Shown: positions 53,810 to 64,000 of the stretch, in pieces
How the letters are laid out: each line of letters starts with the position of its first letter
Numbering within the stretch: position 1 is the first letter of the stretch
Program-made: the position numbers and the translations under genes
Notes under the pieces: model-generated
What the model saw: only the letters and a program-made list of their open reading frames with translations
Databases searched by the model: none
Told to the model about the DNA's origin: nothing
Source of the DNA: Alphaproteobacteria bacterium
Lineage (GTDB): Bacteria > Pseudomonadota > Alphaproteobacteria > Methylaequorales > Methylaequoraceae
Direction of reading: 5' to 3'
NCBI GenBank assembly: GCA_045563055.1
Contig: JBJKUR010000008.1
Span: 131,786 to 195,785, forward strand
DNA length: 64,000 nt

Positions 53810-54364
53810 TTACTTCTTTTTAAGAAATAAGAATTTTGATCTAGATATTTGTTTCGTTTTAATTAAATCAAAGCCTGAAAAATTCTTGCCTTCTTGTTGT
53901 ATTGGTAATTCTATCACTCCAAATGAATCGCTCTTTAAAAATCTACTTATTTTTTCTAAAATTTTATGTAACGAATATTTCATGTAGGGAGGGTCACAAA
54001 AAAAAATATCTACTCTAGGATATTTTTGGAATTTTGAGTTAATAATATCTGTACATATGAATTCTGAAAATTCTAAAATGTTATGATTTTCACAGTTCTT
54101 CTTGCAAAGTTTTATCGCTTCCATTGACTTGTCGATGAATAAAACTCTTTTTCCTCCCCTAGAAATTGCCTCTATTCCCAGAGAGCCAACTCCACAAAAA
54201 AAGTCTATTATTAATAAATCACTATAATATTTTTGTTTTTTTTTTAAAATTGAATTTAGTGTATTAAATACCATCTCTTTTGCACGACTCGACGTTGGAC
54301 GAATGAAATCGTTGTTTGGGCTTAATAGATTTCTCCCTTTAAGTTTACCAGAGACTATTTTCAT
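53810..54364 (-). CDS. rsmD: 16S rRNA m2G966 methyltransferase
   Basis: I.SG..KGR, RPT....E..FN, D.F.G.GSLG.EA.SRG, DPPY. Confidence 0.93.
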   Translation of the reverse strand: MKIVSGKLKGRNLLSPNNDFIRPTSSRAKEMVFNTLNSILKKKQKYYSDLLIIDFFCGVGSLGIEAISRGGKRVLFIDKSMEAIKLCKKNCENHNILEFSEFICTDIINSKFQKYPRVDIFFCDPPYMKYSLHKILEKISRFLKSDSFGVIELPIQQEGKNFSGFDLIKTKQISRSKFLFLKKK

Positions 54365-55091
54365 CTTTAAAATTTAGTAAATTAAATTTTTTTTTTAATT
54401 CACTCTTGCTTTGTTCTACTATTCTACCTGGTTCAATATTATTTAACTTAAATGGGCCAAAACCAACTCTTGTTAGCTTTTTTACTTTTAAAGAGTAATT
54501 ATTTAAAATTTTTCTTATTTCTCTATTTTTACCTTCTTTTAAAAGTATTTCCATAATGTTATTGTTAGTTTTATGAGTCAAAACTTTTATGTTCACATCA
54601 CTGTAAATAACTCCGTCAATTATAAGTTTCTTTTTGGTTATCTCTTCAATGTTATCAGGGACCTTTCCAAAGACTTTAACTAGATATTTTCGTGTAATCT
54701 GATTTTCCGGACTTTCTAAAAAACTAGTAAGGTTGGGATTATTAGTTAAAACCATCAATCCATCAGAATTAATATCAAGTCTTCCAGCTGAAACCATCCT
54801 TGGAAAATGATTAGGAATTAACCTAAAAAAACTTTTTTGTTTGAACTGTTCTTTATTCGAAGAGACGAATCCAATCGGTTTGTTGAATATCCAAACTCTT
54901 GTAATTTTCTTCGAGATAAGTTTATTCCTAACCTTTATAGAATCAATTTGATCATCTCTAATAAAGAACTCTTTGAAAATCTTATTATTAACCTTGACGT
55001 ACCCTTTGATTATTAATTCCTCAGCATCTTTTCTGGAACAGATTCCAGCATGAGAAATTATCTTTGATATACGGATCAATTTATTTTTCAA
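54345..55091 (-). CDS. rluB: rRNA pseudouridine synthase (RluB/RsuA family, S4 domain)
   Basis: G.CSR..AE, NKP.G, GRLD..S.GL, EGKNREIR. Confidence 0.85.
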   Translation of the reverse strand: MKNKLIRISKIISHAGICSRKDAEELIIKGYVKVNNKIFKEFFIRDDQIDSIKVRNKLISKKITRVWIFNKPIGFVSSNKEQFKQKSFFRLIPNHFPRMVSAGRLDINSDGLMVLTNNPNLTSFLESPENQITRKYLVKVFGKVPDNIEEITKKKLIIDGVIYSDVNIKVLTHKTNNNIMEILLKEGKNREIRKILNNYSLKVKKLTRVGFGPFKLNNIEPGRIVEQSKSELKKKFNLLNFKDENSLW

Positions 55092-55806
55092 TTCTCTTCT
55101 TTGCTGAAGTTACAAGGGATTTAAATATTTTTATATCACTTTTATCAATTAAAAACTCTGGATGCCACTGTACACCTAAACAATAATTATTAGTTGTAGT
55201 CTCTATGCCTTCAATTATACCGTCATCAGAGAAAGCCGATGCAATAAGATTTTTTCCAAGCTTATCCACAGCCTGATGATGTGCTGAATTTACAAACATT
55301 GTAGTATTTTTTACAATTTGGAATAATTTACTTTTTTTTTTAATAGTTACTGAGTGACTTCCCTGATCTCTTGGATTTTTTTGTTCGTGATTTATCTCAG
55401 TATTAAAAGAATCAGGTATATGTTGAATTAACGTACCGCCTAGCATAACATTAATTAATTGTTGCCCTCCGCATATACCGAGAATTGGTATTTTTTTTTT
55501 TAAGGCTTGTGAAGCAATCTTGAATTCAAATTCAGTTCTGTCTTTCTTCATTGAAACTTTGGAACTTGTTTTTTTATCTCCATAAAGTTTGGGGTCTATA
55601 TCGAAATCCCCTCCAGTGATTACAAGTCCATTAATCAACTTTAGATACAGATTAATATCTCTAATGTTGTTAGGAATGAAAACTGACAGTCCACCAGCTT
55701 TTTGAATAGACTGAGAGTAATTCTTTCTAGCAGCATACCATGGAAATTTCGAGTATGACTTGGCAATTTCTTCGTCTAGGGTTATTCCGATAACTGGCTT
55801 CATCAT
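55081..55806 (-). CDS. Gamma-glutamyl-gamma-aminobutyrate hydrolase family (peptidase C26, class I amidotransferase fold)
   Basis: P.IGIT, TGG..D..P..YG, LGICGGQQ, VNSAHHQA, GVQWHPE. Confidence 0.9.
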   Translation of the reverse strand: MMKPVIGITLDEEIAKSYSKFPWYAARKNYSQSIQKAGGLSVFIPNNIRDINLYLKLINGLVITGGDFDIDPKLYGDKKTSSKVSMKKDRTEFEFKIASQALKKKIPILGICGGQQLINVMLGGTLIQHIPDSFNTEINHEQKNPRDQGSHSVTIKKKSKLFQIVKNTTMFVNSAHHQAVDKLGKNLIASAFSDDGIIEGIETTTNNYCLGVQWHPEFLIDKSDIKIFKSLVTSAKKRIEK

Positions 55807-55844
55807 AAATCTTTTAAAATTTTTATTAGGTGCTAATATATTAT

Positions 55845-56222
55845 ATGAATAATAGATGTAAAATAATTATTAAAAACTTTGAAATCGTTGTTAGTTTGAA
55901 TAGTACCGAAACTGCAGAAAAAATATGGAGATCCCTGCCGTTAGAATCAAATGTAAAAATATGGGGTGAGGAAATTTATTTTGATACATCAATAGACATC
56001 TGCCTGGAATCCAATGCTAAAGATGTTGTGGACTTAGGAGAGCTAGCATTCTGGCCAGAGGGAAGAGCAATTGCCATTGGATTTGGAAGGACTCCTATCT
56101 CTATTGGAGAAGAAATTAGACTAGCTGCAAAATGTAACATATGGGGAACCACTGTATTCGATTTAAAAAGGTTAAAAAATATTAATAATGGGGAGTTGAT
56201 AGCCATTGAGAAATTTCTATAA
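55845..56222 (+). CDS. Cyclophilin-like fold protein (DUF369/TM1367-like)
   Basis: TA..IW..LP, WGEEIYF, G.LAFWP.G.AI.I.FG.TP.S. Probable ATG at 55845. Confidence 0.78.
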   Translation: MNNRCKIIIKNFEIVVSLNSTETAEKIWRSLPLESNVKIWGEEIYFDTSIDICLESNAKDVVDLGELAFWPEGRAIAIGFGRTPISIGEEIRLAAKCNIWGTTVFDLKRLKNINNGELIAIEKFL

Positions 56223-56667
56223 ATATTTTCCTGGAGATCCAATGAAATTAGCAATTAGATTGGCAGAATTTGCTGATTCTAAAGGAGAAATACCAGTTGG
56301 GTGTGTTATAATTGATCAAAAAAAAAAATTAGTCAGTTATGCAAGTAACCTCACAGAGAACAGTTTTGATCCAGCTGGACATGCAGAGATCATAGCTATA
56401 AGAAAGGCATGTAAAAAACTTAAAACCACTAAATTAAAAAATTTTTCTCTTTACGTAACACTAGAGCCCTGCCAAATGTGCCAAGCACTCATTATAGGTA
56501 CTGGCATAAAAAAAGTTTTTTTTGGAGCGCATTCTGAGAATTTTTTAATTCATAAAAATAAACTTCGTAATTATTTTGGCAAACAAAAAGATTACGAATA
56601 TCTGGGTGGATTTCACGAAGAATATTGTTCTAAATTAATTAAAAGATCATTTGAAAAGAGAAGATAA
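56206..56667 (+). CDS. tadA: tRNA adenosine deaminase TadA (alternative start ATG 56242 with a GGAGA RBS)
   Basis: GEIPVG, HAE, YVTLEPCQMC; position next to purD. Confidence 0.85.
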   Translation: MRNFYKYFPGDPMKLAIRLAEFADSKGEIPVGCVIIDQKKKLVSYASNLTENSFDPAGHAEIIAIRKACKKLKTTKLKNFSLYVTLEPCQMCQALIIGTGIKKVFFGAHSENFLIHKNKLRNYFGKQKDYEYLGGFHEEYCSKLIKRSFEKRR

Positions 56668-57933
56668 TTAAATATTTTTTATTCCAATATCTTTTCTAAA
56701 GAATCCCATATCCCATCCAATAATTTTTAATGCTTTATAGGCGATTTTTCTTGCGCTTTTAATATCCTTTGCTTTTGATGTTACTGATAAAACTCTTCCT
56801 CCCGCTGATACGATTTTGTGATTTATTGTTGATGTTCCAGCATGAAAAATTTCAATCCCATCCAATGCCTGTGCCTTATCTAAATTTTTAATAATTAATC
56901 CCTTTTTAAAACTATCAGGGTATCCCTTCGATGCAAGTACGACACAGACCGTTGATTTTTTATCATTATGAATTTTAACCTTTGATAACTTATCTTTCAA
57001 ATTGAATAAAATAACTTTAAGAAGGTCTGTTCTCAGGTTTCTCATTAAAACTTGACATTCTGGGTCACCGAACCTTACATTATATTCAATAACATGAGGA
57101 CCATGTTTATTAATCATTAAACCAAAAAATAAGATCCCTCTATATAATATTTTTTGATTTTTAAGGCCAACGAAAGTCGGTTTTACAATCTTTTCTGTAA
57201 TTTGCATTTCTATTTTTTTTGTAATTTTGTATGTCGGAGTGAAACAACCCATTCCACCTGTATTAGGGCCTTTATCATTATCAAATGCTCTTTTGTGATC
57301 AAGAGCATAACCAAGTTTTAAAAAGGAGTTTTTGTCAAAGAATACAAAGTAACTTATTTCAAATCCTTCTAAATATTCTTCAATTATTACTTGTTTACCA
57401 GCGTCTCCGAACTTCCTTTTCTTCATGAGTAAAGTTAGTCCATTTTCAGCTTCTAATTTATTTTTACAAATGAGCACACCTTTTCCTGAAGCTAATCCAT
57501 CTGCCTTTAAAACAACTGGATATGAAACTGTTTGAAGTGACTTTTGTGCCAGTTCAATTGAACGAAAAGCTTTAAATTTCGCAGTTTTAATATTGTTCTT
57601 TTTTAAAAATTTCTTAGCAAAGATCTTTGAGGTTTCTAATTTGGCTGCGTTTTTACTTGGCCCAAAAACATTAATATTTTTTGAAGTTAAATAATCACTC
57701 AGTCCATCTTCCAAAAGGTTTTCTGGACCAATTATTACCAAGTTAATTTTCTGTTTTCTGCAAAAACTTAATAATGTTCTTTTATTTTTTAAATCTATAC
57801 AATGACAAATTGCTATCTCAGAAATTCCAGCATTACCAGGAATACAAAATAGTTTTTTGCAATTTTTTGATTTCTTAATTGCCCAGCATATTGAATGCTC
57901 TCTTGCTCCCTCACCAATAACTAAAATATTCAA
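56668..57933 (-). CDS. purD: Phosphoribosylamine--glycine ligase
   Basis: G.GAREH, PGNAG, KADGLA.GKGV, GPNTGGMG, EYNVRFGDPECQ, GGRVL. Confidence 0.97.
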   Translation of the reverse strand: MNILVIGEGAREHSICWAIKKSKNCKKLFCIPGNAGISEIAICHCIDLKNKRTLLSFCRKQKINLVIIGPENLLEDGLSDYLTSKNINVFGPSKNAAKLETSKIFAKKFLKKNNIKTAKFKAFRSIELAQKSLQTVSYPVVLKADGLASGKGVLICKNKLEAENGLTLLMKKRKFGDAGKQVIIEEYLEGFEISYFVFFDKNSFLKLGYALDHKRAFDNDKGPNTGGMGCFTPTYKITKKIEMQITEKIVKPTFVGLKNQKILYRGILFFGLMINKHGPHVIEYNVRFGDPECQVLMRNLRTDLLKVILFNLKDKLSKVKIHNDKKSTVCVVLASKGYPDSFKKGLIIKNLDKAQALDGIEIFHAGTSTINHKIVSAGGRVLSVTSKAKDIKSARKIAYKALKIIGWDMGFFRKDIGIKNI

Positions 57934-57975
57934 TAAATAATTCCTTTTTTCATTGTTTTAAATTAAATTTAACAT

Positions 57976-59310
57976 ATGAATAAAATTTCTAATATTAAAA
58001 AGTTTACAGTAACCCAACTAAACAATTCAATCAAAAATTTAATTGAAAACTATTATGAACTTATTCAGGTTGCGGGAGAAATAACACAACTAAAAAAACA
58101 TTCTTCTGGCCATATATACTTTTCTCTTAAAGACGTAGATAGTAATATTTCGGTTATTTGTTGGAGATCAATTGTTCCTTCAATAAAGATTGATATAAAA
58201 GAAGGAATTAAAGTTTTAATTTCAGGAAGAGTAACGACTTACTCTCAGCAGTCTAAATATCAACTTATTGTTCAAAAAGTAGAGTTAGAAGGCCAGGGCT
58301 CGATTTTACAAATGCTGGAAGAAAGAAAAAAAAAATTATTAAACCAAGGTTTTTTTGATGAGGATAAAAAACAAAAAATTCCACCTTTCCCAAAATCTAT
58401 AGGTGTAATCACCTCCGAGTCTGGTGCTGTCATAAAAGATATAATACATAGGATTAGTGATCGCTACCCGCTTGAATTGATTGTATTTCCAGCCAATGTT
58501 CAAGGATCAAACTGCTTAAATGATATTTTGAGAGGTTTAGATTATTTTGATAAAAACATTAACGAGAGAAAATCTTTTGTTGATATAATTATTATAGCTA
58601 GGGGTGGAGGGAGCTTAGAAGATTTAATGGCATTTAACGAAGAATTACTGGTTAAAAAAATTTATGAAGTAAAAATACCTATTATATCAGCTATCGGCCA
58701 TGAGACTGACTTTACCCTTTGCGACTTAGCAGCTGACATTAGAGCTCCGACTCCCTCTGCGGCAGCTGAAATGGCTGTTCCACAGAGAAAGGAGCTAGTT
58801 TTAAGATTAAACGACTGGTCTGTTTCATTCAGAAAAACTTTCTTAAATATTTTTGAGAATAAATTACTAAACTTTCAGTTGGCATCTTCAAAATTACCTG
58901 ATTATAGTGAGAAGATTAATAATAATTTTCAATCATTGGATTATTCCGGTCAAAAAATTAAAAACCTTTTAAACGTAAGATTGCAAAATGTGAAAATAAC
59001 TTTCTATCAAACAATAGATAAATTTTCTGTTAATAAATTTGATAAGTTAATCGATTCTGCACGTAATTTAATATTAAGTAATTTCCAAAAAATAATAATT
59101 TTTTTAAGACAAAATAGGTTAATTAAAAAGGAAAAGCTTAAATCATTACAAAAGCAATTAATTATTCTTTCATACAAAAACACACTAAAGAGAGGCTTTG
59201 CCGTAGTGAAGAGTAAAGGAAAAATAATTCAAAAAAATGAAGATGTAAAAATAAATCAAAAGTTAGAAATAGAACTTTTCTGTGACAAGATCTTGGCTAA
59301 AAAAATATGA
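57976..59310 (+). CDS. xseA: Exodeoxyribonuclease VII large subunit
   Basis: SGH.YF.LKD, ARGGGS.EDL, SA.GHETD, TPSAAAE, L.RGFA. Confidence 0.96.
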   Translation: MNKISNIKKFTVTQLNNSIKNLIENYYELIQVAGEITQLKKHSSGHIYFSLKDVDSNISVICWRSIVPSIKIDIKEGIKVLISGRVTTYSQQSKYQLIVQKVELEGQGSILQMLEERKKKLLNQGFFDEDKKQKIPPFPKSIGVITSESGAVIKDIIHRISDRYPLELIVFPANVQGSNCLNDILRGLDYFDKNINERKSFVDIIIIARGGGSLEDLMAFNEELLVKKIYEVKIPIISAIGHETDFTLCDLAADIRAPTPSAAAEMAVPQRKELVLRLNDWSVSFRKTFLNIFENKLLNFQLASSKLPDYSEKINNNFQSLDYSGQKIKNLLNVRLQNVKITFYQTIDKFSVNKFDKLIDSARNLILSNFQKIIIFLRQNRLIKKEKLKSLQKQLIILSYKNTLKRGFAVVKSKGKIIQKNEDVKINQKLEIELFCDKILAKKI

Positions 59311-60104
59311 TATCAATTTTAGTTATTTCACTCTCAATTTTAATAACGAATGCAAAAGCAAATACTTTCCCAGATATTTATGGTTGTTTTTGTGAAGGAG
59401 GTATTATTACGAGTAAAGTAAAATCTGGTAGCGAAGTAAAAATTAATAATAAAAAATTGCAAGTATTTGAAAATGGTCGCTTCATATTTGCATTTGGAAG
59501 AAAGTTTGATGAAAGTGTAAAAATACAAATAAATGACTTATCAAAAACTTTTAAAATTAAGAATAAAGAATATAAAATTGAAAAAATCAGAGGTCTACCT
59601 AAAAATAAAGTTGAACCTTCAGCTACCGAATTAAAAAAAATTATTCAGGAACAGAATTTAATCAAAAATTCAAAAAAGATGGATGAAAAAAAAAAATTTT
59701 TTAATCAAAAGTTTATTTTACCATCTAAAGGTAGATTATCTGGTGTTTACGGTAGTCAAAGAATTTTAAACTCCAAACCAAGAAAACCTCACGCTGGAAT
59801 TGACATTGCAGCCAAGGAGGGTAATCCAGTAGTAGCTCCATCAGATGGAAAAGTAAAGCTTGTGGTCCAAGACATGTTCTTTACCGGGAATACAATAATA
59901 ATGGATCATGGTCTTGGTTTAATCTCTATTTTTGCACATTTAAATGAAATTTTTGTAGACGAAGATGATTTTGTTACCCAGGGAAGTGAAATAGGTTCTA
60001 TCGGAATGACTGGTCGGGCAACGGGTCCACATTTACATTGGGGTGTTTATTTAGAGGATATATCTGTAGATCCTATGTCACTATTAGAATTTGAATTATT
60101 TTAA
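59307..60104 (+). CDS. M23 family metallopeptidase (intact Zn ligands)
   Basis: HAGID (HxxxD), GRATGPHLHW (HxH), signal peptide. Confidence 0.9.
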   Translation: MISILVISLSILITNAKANTFPDIYGCFCEGGIITSKVKSGSEVKINNKKLQVFENGRFIFAFGRKFDESVKIQINDLSKTFKIKNKEYKIEKIRGLPKNKVEPSATELKKIIQEQNLIKNSKKMDEKKKFFNQKFILPSKGRLSGVYGSQRILNSKPRKPHAGIDIAAKEGNPVVAPSDGKVKLVVQDMFFTGNTIIMDHGLGLISIFAHLNEIFVDEDDFVTQGSEIGSIGMTGRATGPHLHWGVYLEDISVDPMSLLEFELF

Positions 60105-60107
60105 AAG

Positions 60108-61064
60108 TTAAATCATTTTCAATAGTTGATTTTTAAATTCTAAATGATTTTTCAATCTTATTTCTAAGTCTATTGGATATATATGGTCTTTTAATTCACA
60201 AGGAATTTTAATAAAATCTTTTTGAGTGCAAACAATTTTCAATTTCATTTCTCTTGCTTCTTTAAGAATTTTACTTATATCTTTCCTTGTAAATTTATAA
60301 TGATCTGGAAATTCTTTAATTTTTTTTATTTTACATCCTTCATTTAATAAGGAGTTATGAAAATTTTTGTTATTTCCTAGTGCAGAAAAAACATATAATA
60401 ATTGATTTTTAAATTTATTTGCATTTAAAGTTTTTTTTGCAAGATAAACAGTTTTATTTTGATGATTAAATTTATTTTTCTTCGGAAAAGTCTTATTACC
60501 GAGAATTATAATAATATCGCAACTTTCAATACTTTCCTTAACAGTCGTTCTTAAAGGTCCGGATGGAAAAACTCTTTTATTTCCGAAACCATAATTATCA
60601 TCAACAACTAAAATTTTTATTTTTTTTTTCACATCGATACTTTGCAGTCCATCATCCATTATTATTAGGTCTGCTCCTAAATCCTCGCAAAACTTTGCCC
60701 CCAAGTATTTATTTTTAGAAACACATGTTTTTCCTTGTTTGACATGGATTAAGCTTTCATCACCAAATTTTACAAAGTTTTCACTTGAGTCTACTAATAT
60801 TGGTCCCTTAACTTTACCTTTGTAACCTCTAGTTAAAACGAATATATTTTTAAAATAACCTTGGAGTGTCTTTCTGATTTCAATTGCTACAGGTGTTTTG
60901 CCGGCCCCACCAAGTGTTGCATTGCCAACACATATAATAGGTGTGATTATTACTTGTTCTTTTCTTATAATCTTATAAAGTTTTAAAGCGATTATATATA
61001 AATAAGACAATGGGGTTAATAATAAACTCCAAATATTTTTTGATTCCCATAGTTTTTTTATCAT
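60108..61064 (-). CDS. lpxK: Tetraacyldisaccharide 4'-kinase
   Basis: VGN...GGAGKTP, RGY, GDE, MDDGLQ, P.GPLR, FPDH, T.KD. Confidence 0.94.
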   Translation of the reverse strand: MIKKLWESKNIWSLLLTPLSYLYIIALKLYKIIRKEQVIITPIICVGNATLGGAGKTPVAIEIRKTLQGYFKNIFVLTRGYKGKVKGPILVDSSENFVKFGDESLIHVKQGKTCVSKNKYLGAKFCEDLGADLIIMDDGLQSIDVKKKIKILVVDDNYGFGNKRVFPSGPLRTTVKESIESCDIIIILGNKTFPKKNKFNHQNKTVYLAKKTLNANKFKNQLLYVFSALGNNKNFHNSLLNEGCKIKKIKEFPDHYKFTRKDISKILKEAREMKLKIVCTQKDFIKIPCELKDHIYPIDLEIRLKNHLEFKNQLLKMI

Positions 61065-62311
61065 TTTAGCAATTCATTTAACGAAGATTGAGATTTACGT
61101 ATTTCAGTATCACAAAGCTTTTCAAAATTTTTAAAGGTTTTAATATTGAGTTTCTTGTTAATAATTAATTTTTCAAGGGTTAGTTTGAGGTGTTGAGAGT
61201 TTTTAACCTGAAACCCAGCATTATTTTGGATAATCTTTGTTTTAATTTCATCAAAATTTTGCATGTATGGACCAAAAACCAATGAACATTTGAATCCATT
61301 TGTTTCAATTGGATTATGCCCACCAAAATCACTGAACGATCCACCTATTATCGATATGTCTGATAGTTTGAAATATAATCCTAGTTCACCCATAGTGTTA
61401 ACAATCAAAAAATCATTTTTTTTTATATTTTTAAAGGATTTATTATTACTAGTGAACCTTACTAAATTTTTTTTTAGTTCTTCTTCTATTAAATTAACTC
61501 TAGCAATATGACGAGGAATTATTACGAAAAATAAATTCTGTATTCTTTCAGAAAGATATTTTTGGCATTCTATAAGAATTCTTTCTTCATCTTGGTGAGA
61601 ACTAAATAGAGTTATAACTTTCTTTTTCTTAAGATGATTTCTTAGAGTTGTAAATTTTTTTTCATTTACATTAAGTTTATCAGATAAAAATTTAAGGTTT
61701 TGTATTTTTCTGACTTTTTTCACACCTAATCTTTTAAACCTATCCAATGATTTGTAATCTTGAACAAAGCACTCATCAATAAATAGAAAAACTTGTCTAG
61801 CGACTGAAATGATTTTTGACCATTTGAAAAAAGATTTTTCAGATATTCGCGCATTAAAAAGTTTAAGTTTAATTTTGTTTTTATTAAGTGTAAAAAAGAT
61901 GTTTGGCCAAATCTCAGATTCAACAAAAATTGTTAGATTTGGTTTCCATTTTTTAATAAATCTTTTTACAACGAAGTTAATATCCAACGGAGAAAAGATT
62001 AATAAAAAATTATTTTCCTTATTTTTAGATAAAAGATTGTATGAAGTTAAAGTTGATGTGCTAAGAAGAATAACCATATTTGGATTATTCTTTTTTATTT
62101 TCTTTGCTATAATTAATCCAGTCTTAGCTTCACCGACACTGACCGCATTTATCCAAACTAAGTTTCCTTGAGGTCTTCTTTTTTCTGACCAGCTAAACTT
62201 TTCTATTATACTAAATATATTCTCCTTAGCTAAAATCATCCTAAAGAAAAAATAAATCAGAATAGGTATAAACAAAATATCAGAAATAAATCTATAAAAG
62301 TTTAAAATCAT
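61061..62311 (-). CDS. waaA: 3-deoxy-D-manno-octulosonic acid (Kdo) transferase
   Basis: W..A.SVGE, ESEIWPN, NAR.S..S, PRH, GEL, GGS....GGHN..E. Confidence 0.93.
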   Translation of the reverse strand: MILNFYRFISDILFIPILIYFFFRMILAKENIFSIIEKFSWSEKRRPQGNLVWINAVSVGEAKTGLIIAKKIKKNNPNMVILLSTSTLTSYNLLSKNKENNFLLIFSPLDINFVVKRFIKKWKPNLTIFVESEIWPNIFFTLNKNKIKLKLFNARISEKSFFKWSKIISVARQVFLFIDECFVQDYKSLDRFKRLGVKKVRKIQNLKFLSDKLNVNEKKFTTLRNHLKKKKVITLFSSHQDEERILIECQKYLSERIQNLFFVIIPRHIARVNLIEEELKKNLVRFTSNNKSFKNIKKNDFLIVNTMGELGLYFKLSDISIIGGSFSDFGGHNPIETNGFKCSLVFGPYMQNFDEIKTKIIQNNAGFQVKNSQHLKLTLEKLIINKKLNIKTFKNFEKLCDTEIRKSQSSLNELLK

Positions 62312-62324
62312 AGCTTATTTAACT

Positions 62325-62981
62325 CTATTTTGACAAATTATCTGCTAGTTTTGTGATTCTATTCATTTCATCTTCTAAAATACTTTTATTTTCTTTGGGT
62401 GTTTTATTTAAATTATATGCTATGGGATTACCCCATACGACAACAAACTTGTTAAAAGGAGTTGCAAAGATAAACTTATCCCAAGTATTAAGTTTTATTT
62501 TAAATTTTGCTGAATAACTAAGAGGTAAAATTTTTACATTGGTTTTTTTTAAAATTGAAAGCAACCCATCTTTAACTTCTTCTCTTGGCCCTTTTGGTCC
62601 ATCTGGGGTTATACCAAGTGTAGATTTGATTTTTATTTGATTTATAATCTCTTTGAGAGAAGAGATGTTCTGTTTCCTTGAAGAACCTGATATTGTTTCA
62701 ATTCCTAGATGAGAAACTGCTTGTGAGATAATTCTCCCGTCTGAATGACTTGATATCAACATTTTAATTCCTCCCACCCAAGTCCAGCAAAATGGTGCCA
62801 TTAACAACCTGTTATGCCAAAAACAAATTATAACACTTTCATTTTTTTTTAGATAATTATCAACTACATTTGAGTTCTTGACTAACCAAATTGATGTATG
62901 AAAACAAATTTTGATATATACAGATATAAGCCAACCAAGAAAAGATTGTAAATATTTATTTTTTAAAATTTTTTTTATCAT
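62325..62981 (-). CDS. DUF374 lysophospholipid acyltransferase family protein
   Basis: FWH, S.H.DG, GSS, ITPDGPKGP, WD....PF; msbA-DUF374-waaA-lpxK synteny. I used the ATG at 62981. Confidence 0.85.
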   Translation of the reverse strand: MIKKILKNKYLQSFLGWLISVYIKICFHTSIWLVKNSNVVDNYLKKNESVIICFWHNRLLMAPFCWTWVGGIKMLISSHSDGRIISQAVSHLGIETISGSSRKQNISSLKEIINQIKIKSTLGITPDGPKGPREEVKDGLLSILKKTNVKILPLSYSAKFKIKLNTWDKFIFATPFNKFVVVWGNPIAYNLNKTPKENKSILEDEMNRITKLADNLSK

Positions 62982-64000
62982 TTTGTCTTTTAAATTGTAA
63001 TTCATAGAGATTTCTATAAATTTTAGAACTTTTTAACAATGATGAATGTTTCCCTATGTTTTCAATTTCACCGTTGTTTAAGATTACAATTCTATCTGCA
63101 TCAATAACAGTTGATAATCTATGTGCAATTATTAAAGCAGTCTTATTTGAAATGAGTTTGCTTATTGAATCTTGAATTTTCTTTTCAGACTTTGAATCTA
63201 ATGAAGATGTAGCTTCATCTAATAACAGAAAAGGAGAATTTCTAATAAACGCTCTAGCTATCGTTAGTCTCTGTTTTTGCCCTCCAGAAAGTCTTGTCCC
63301 ATTCTCTCCCACTATCTCATTAAATCCCTTTGGAAGTTTACTTATAAACTCATGAGAATTGGACTTTTTACATGCCTCTAAAAGTGTTTTCTTTGAGTAA
63401 TTTTTTAATCCGTAACAAATATTATATTTTATAGTTTCATCAAAAAGATTGATATCCTGACTTACAAGTGAAAAATAATCTCTCAAGAAATTAAAACTTA
63501 AATCTTTGATATCAACTCCATTTATTTCTATTTTACCTCGATTAGGATCAAAGAAACGGGGAAATAAATTCATTAACGTAGACTTACCGGAACCAGAGTG
63601 CCCTACAAGAGCAACCTTCTCACCTTTATTAATTTCTAAACTAATATTTTTTAAAACAAATTTTAAAGATGATTGATATTTAAAGTAAAGTTTAGAAATT
63701 TTAACATTATGATTTGTATTTGGTTTTAATAGGAAGTCTTTGGTTTCTTGTTTTTCTATGATTTTAGGTTTCTGATCCAAAATTTCAAAAACTCTCTCCG
63801 CGGCAGCCATTGAAACTTGCAAAGTTGCATTTAAACTTGCAAGTGACTTAATCGGTTGATATGCCATCAAAAGAGCAGTCAAAAATGAAAAAAAAGTACC
63901 GGGCGTTGTTTGATCCATAATTACTTGATTTCCTCCAATAAAAATTATTGCACCAATGGCCAGACCACTCAGGATTTCCATAAGAGGCCTTGCAATGGAA
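62956..64000 (-). CDS. msbA: Lipid A ABC exporter MsbA-like, 5' part outside the window
   Basis: GHSGSGKST, LSGGQKQR, LDEATS.LD, IAHRLST. The frame stays open to the window edge. Confidence 0.88.
   Translation of the reverse strand, partial: SIARPLMEILSGLAIGAIIFIGGNQVIMDQTTPGTFFSFLTALLMAYQPIKSLASLNATLQVSMAAAERVFEILDQKPKIIEKQETKDFLLKPNTNHNVKISKLYFKYQSSLKFVLKNISLEINKGEKVALVGHSGSGKSTLMNLFPRFFDPNRGKIEINGVDIKDLSFNFLRDYFSLVSQDINLFDETIKYNICYGLKNYSKKTLLEACKKSNSHEFISKLPKGFNEIVGENGTRLSGGQKQRLTIARAFIRNSPFLLLDEATSSLDSKSEKKIQDSISKLISNKTALIIAHRLSTVIDADRIVILNNGEIENIGKHSSLLKSSKIYRNLYELQFKRQNDKKNFKK

Noticed and set aside
56206-56667. Deaminase as an anti-phage or editing system
   Set aside because: Size, motifs and context next to purD fit housekeeping TadA, and there are no defence genes nearby.

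Overview
A very gene-dense, strongly AT-rich (about 30% GC by eye, not computed) core-chromosome window from a free-living, streamlined alphaproteobacterium. The gene order is typical of the class: rplU-rpmA-obgE-proBA-nadD-rsfS-rlmH-gpmI-envC-ctpA-rppH; atpHAGDC-priA; DUF484-xerC; ffh-rpsP-rimM-trmD-rplS-leuCDB-asd; sdhCDAB-zapE; dapF-mtaB-ftsY; maoC-ribF-ileS-lspA-M16 pair-mutL; msbA-waaA-lpxK. I see no rRNA, tRNA, CRISPR array, prophage or IS. The most interesting region is the rewired TCA locus (19.3-30.1 kb). Mesaconyl-CoA hydratase (mch) precedes sdhCDAB, and nadA-nadC (no nadB) is inserted before mdh. The SucCD-family ligase after mdh carries many substitutions in normally conserved motifs, several of them malate-thiokinase-like, and it is followed by a translationally coupled tandem-ACT protein instead of sucAB. 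With a thiolase, a MaoC (R)-hydratase and a PQQ dehydrogenase also in the window, this suggests (inference only) a malyl-CoA / ethylmalonyl-CoA, possibly serine-cycle, assimilation module built from the resident TCA operon. Other points: a hairpin plus U-tract leader before ffh, a 54-bp tandem repeat in rpsP, two odd Pro/Gln/Tyr-rich lipoproteins after lspA, and five frameshifts at or next to homopolymers (priA, ftsY, three in the PQQ dehydrogenase) that are most likely sequencing errors. All calls are motif and synteny recognition by eye; no database searches were run.
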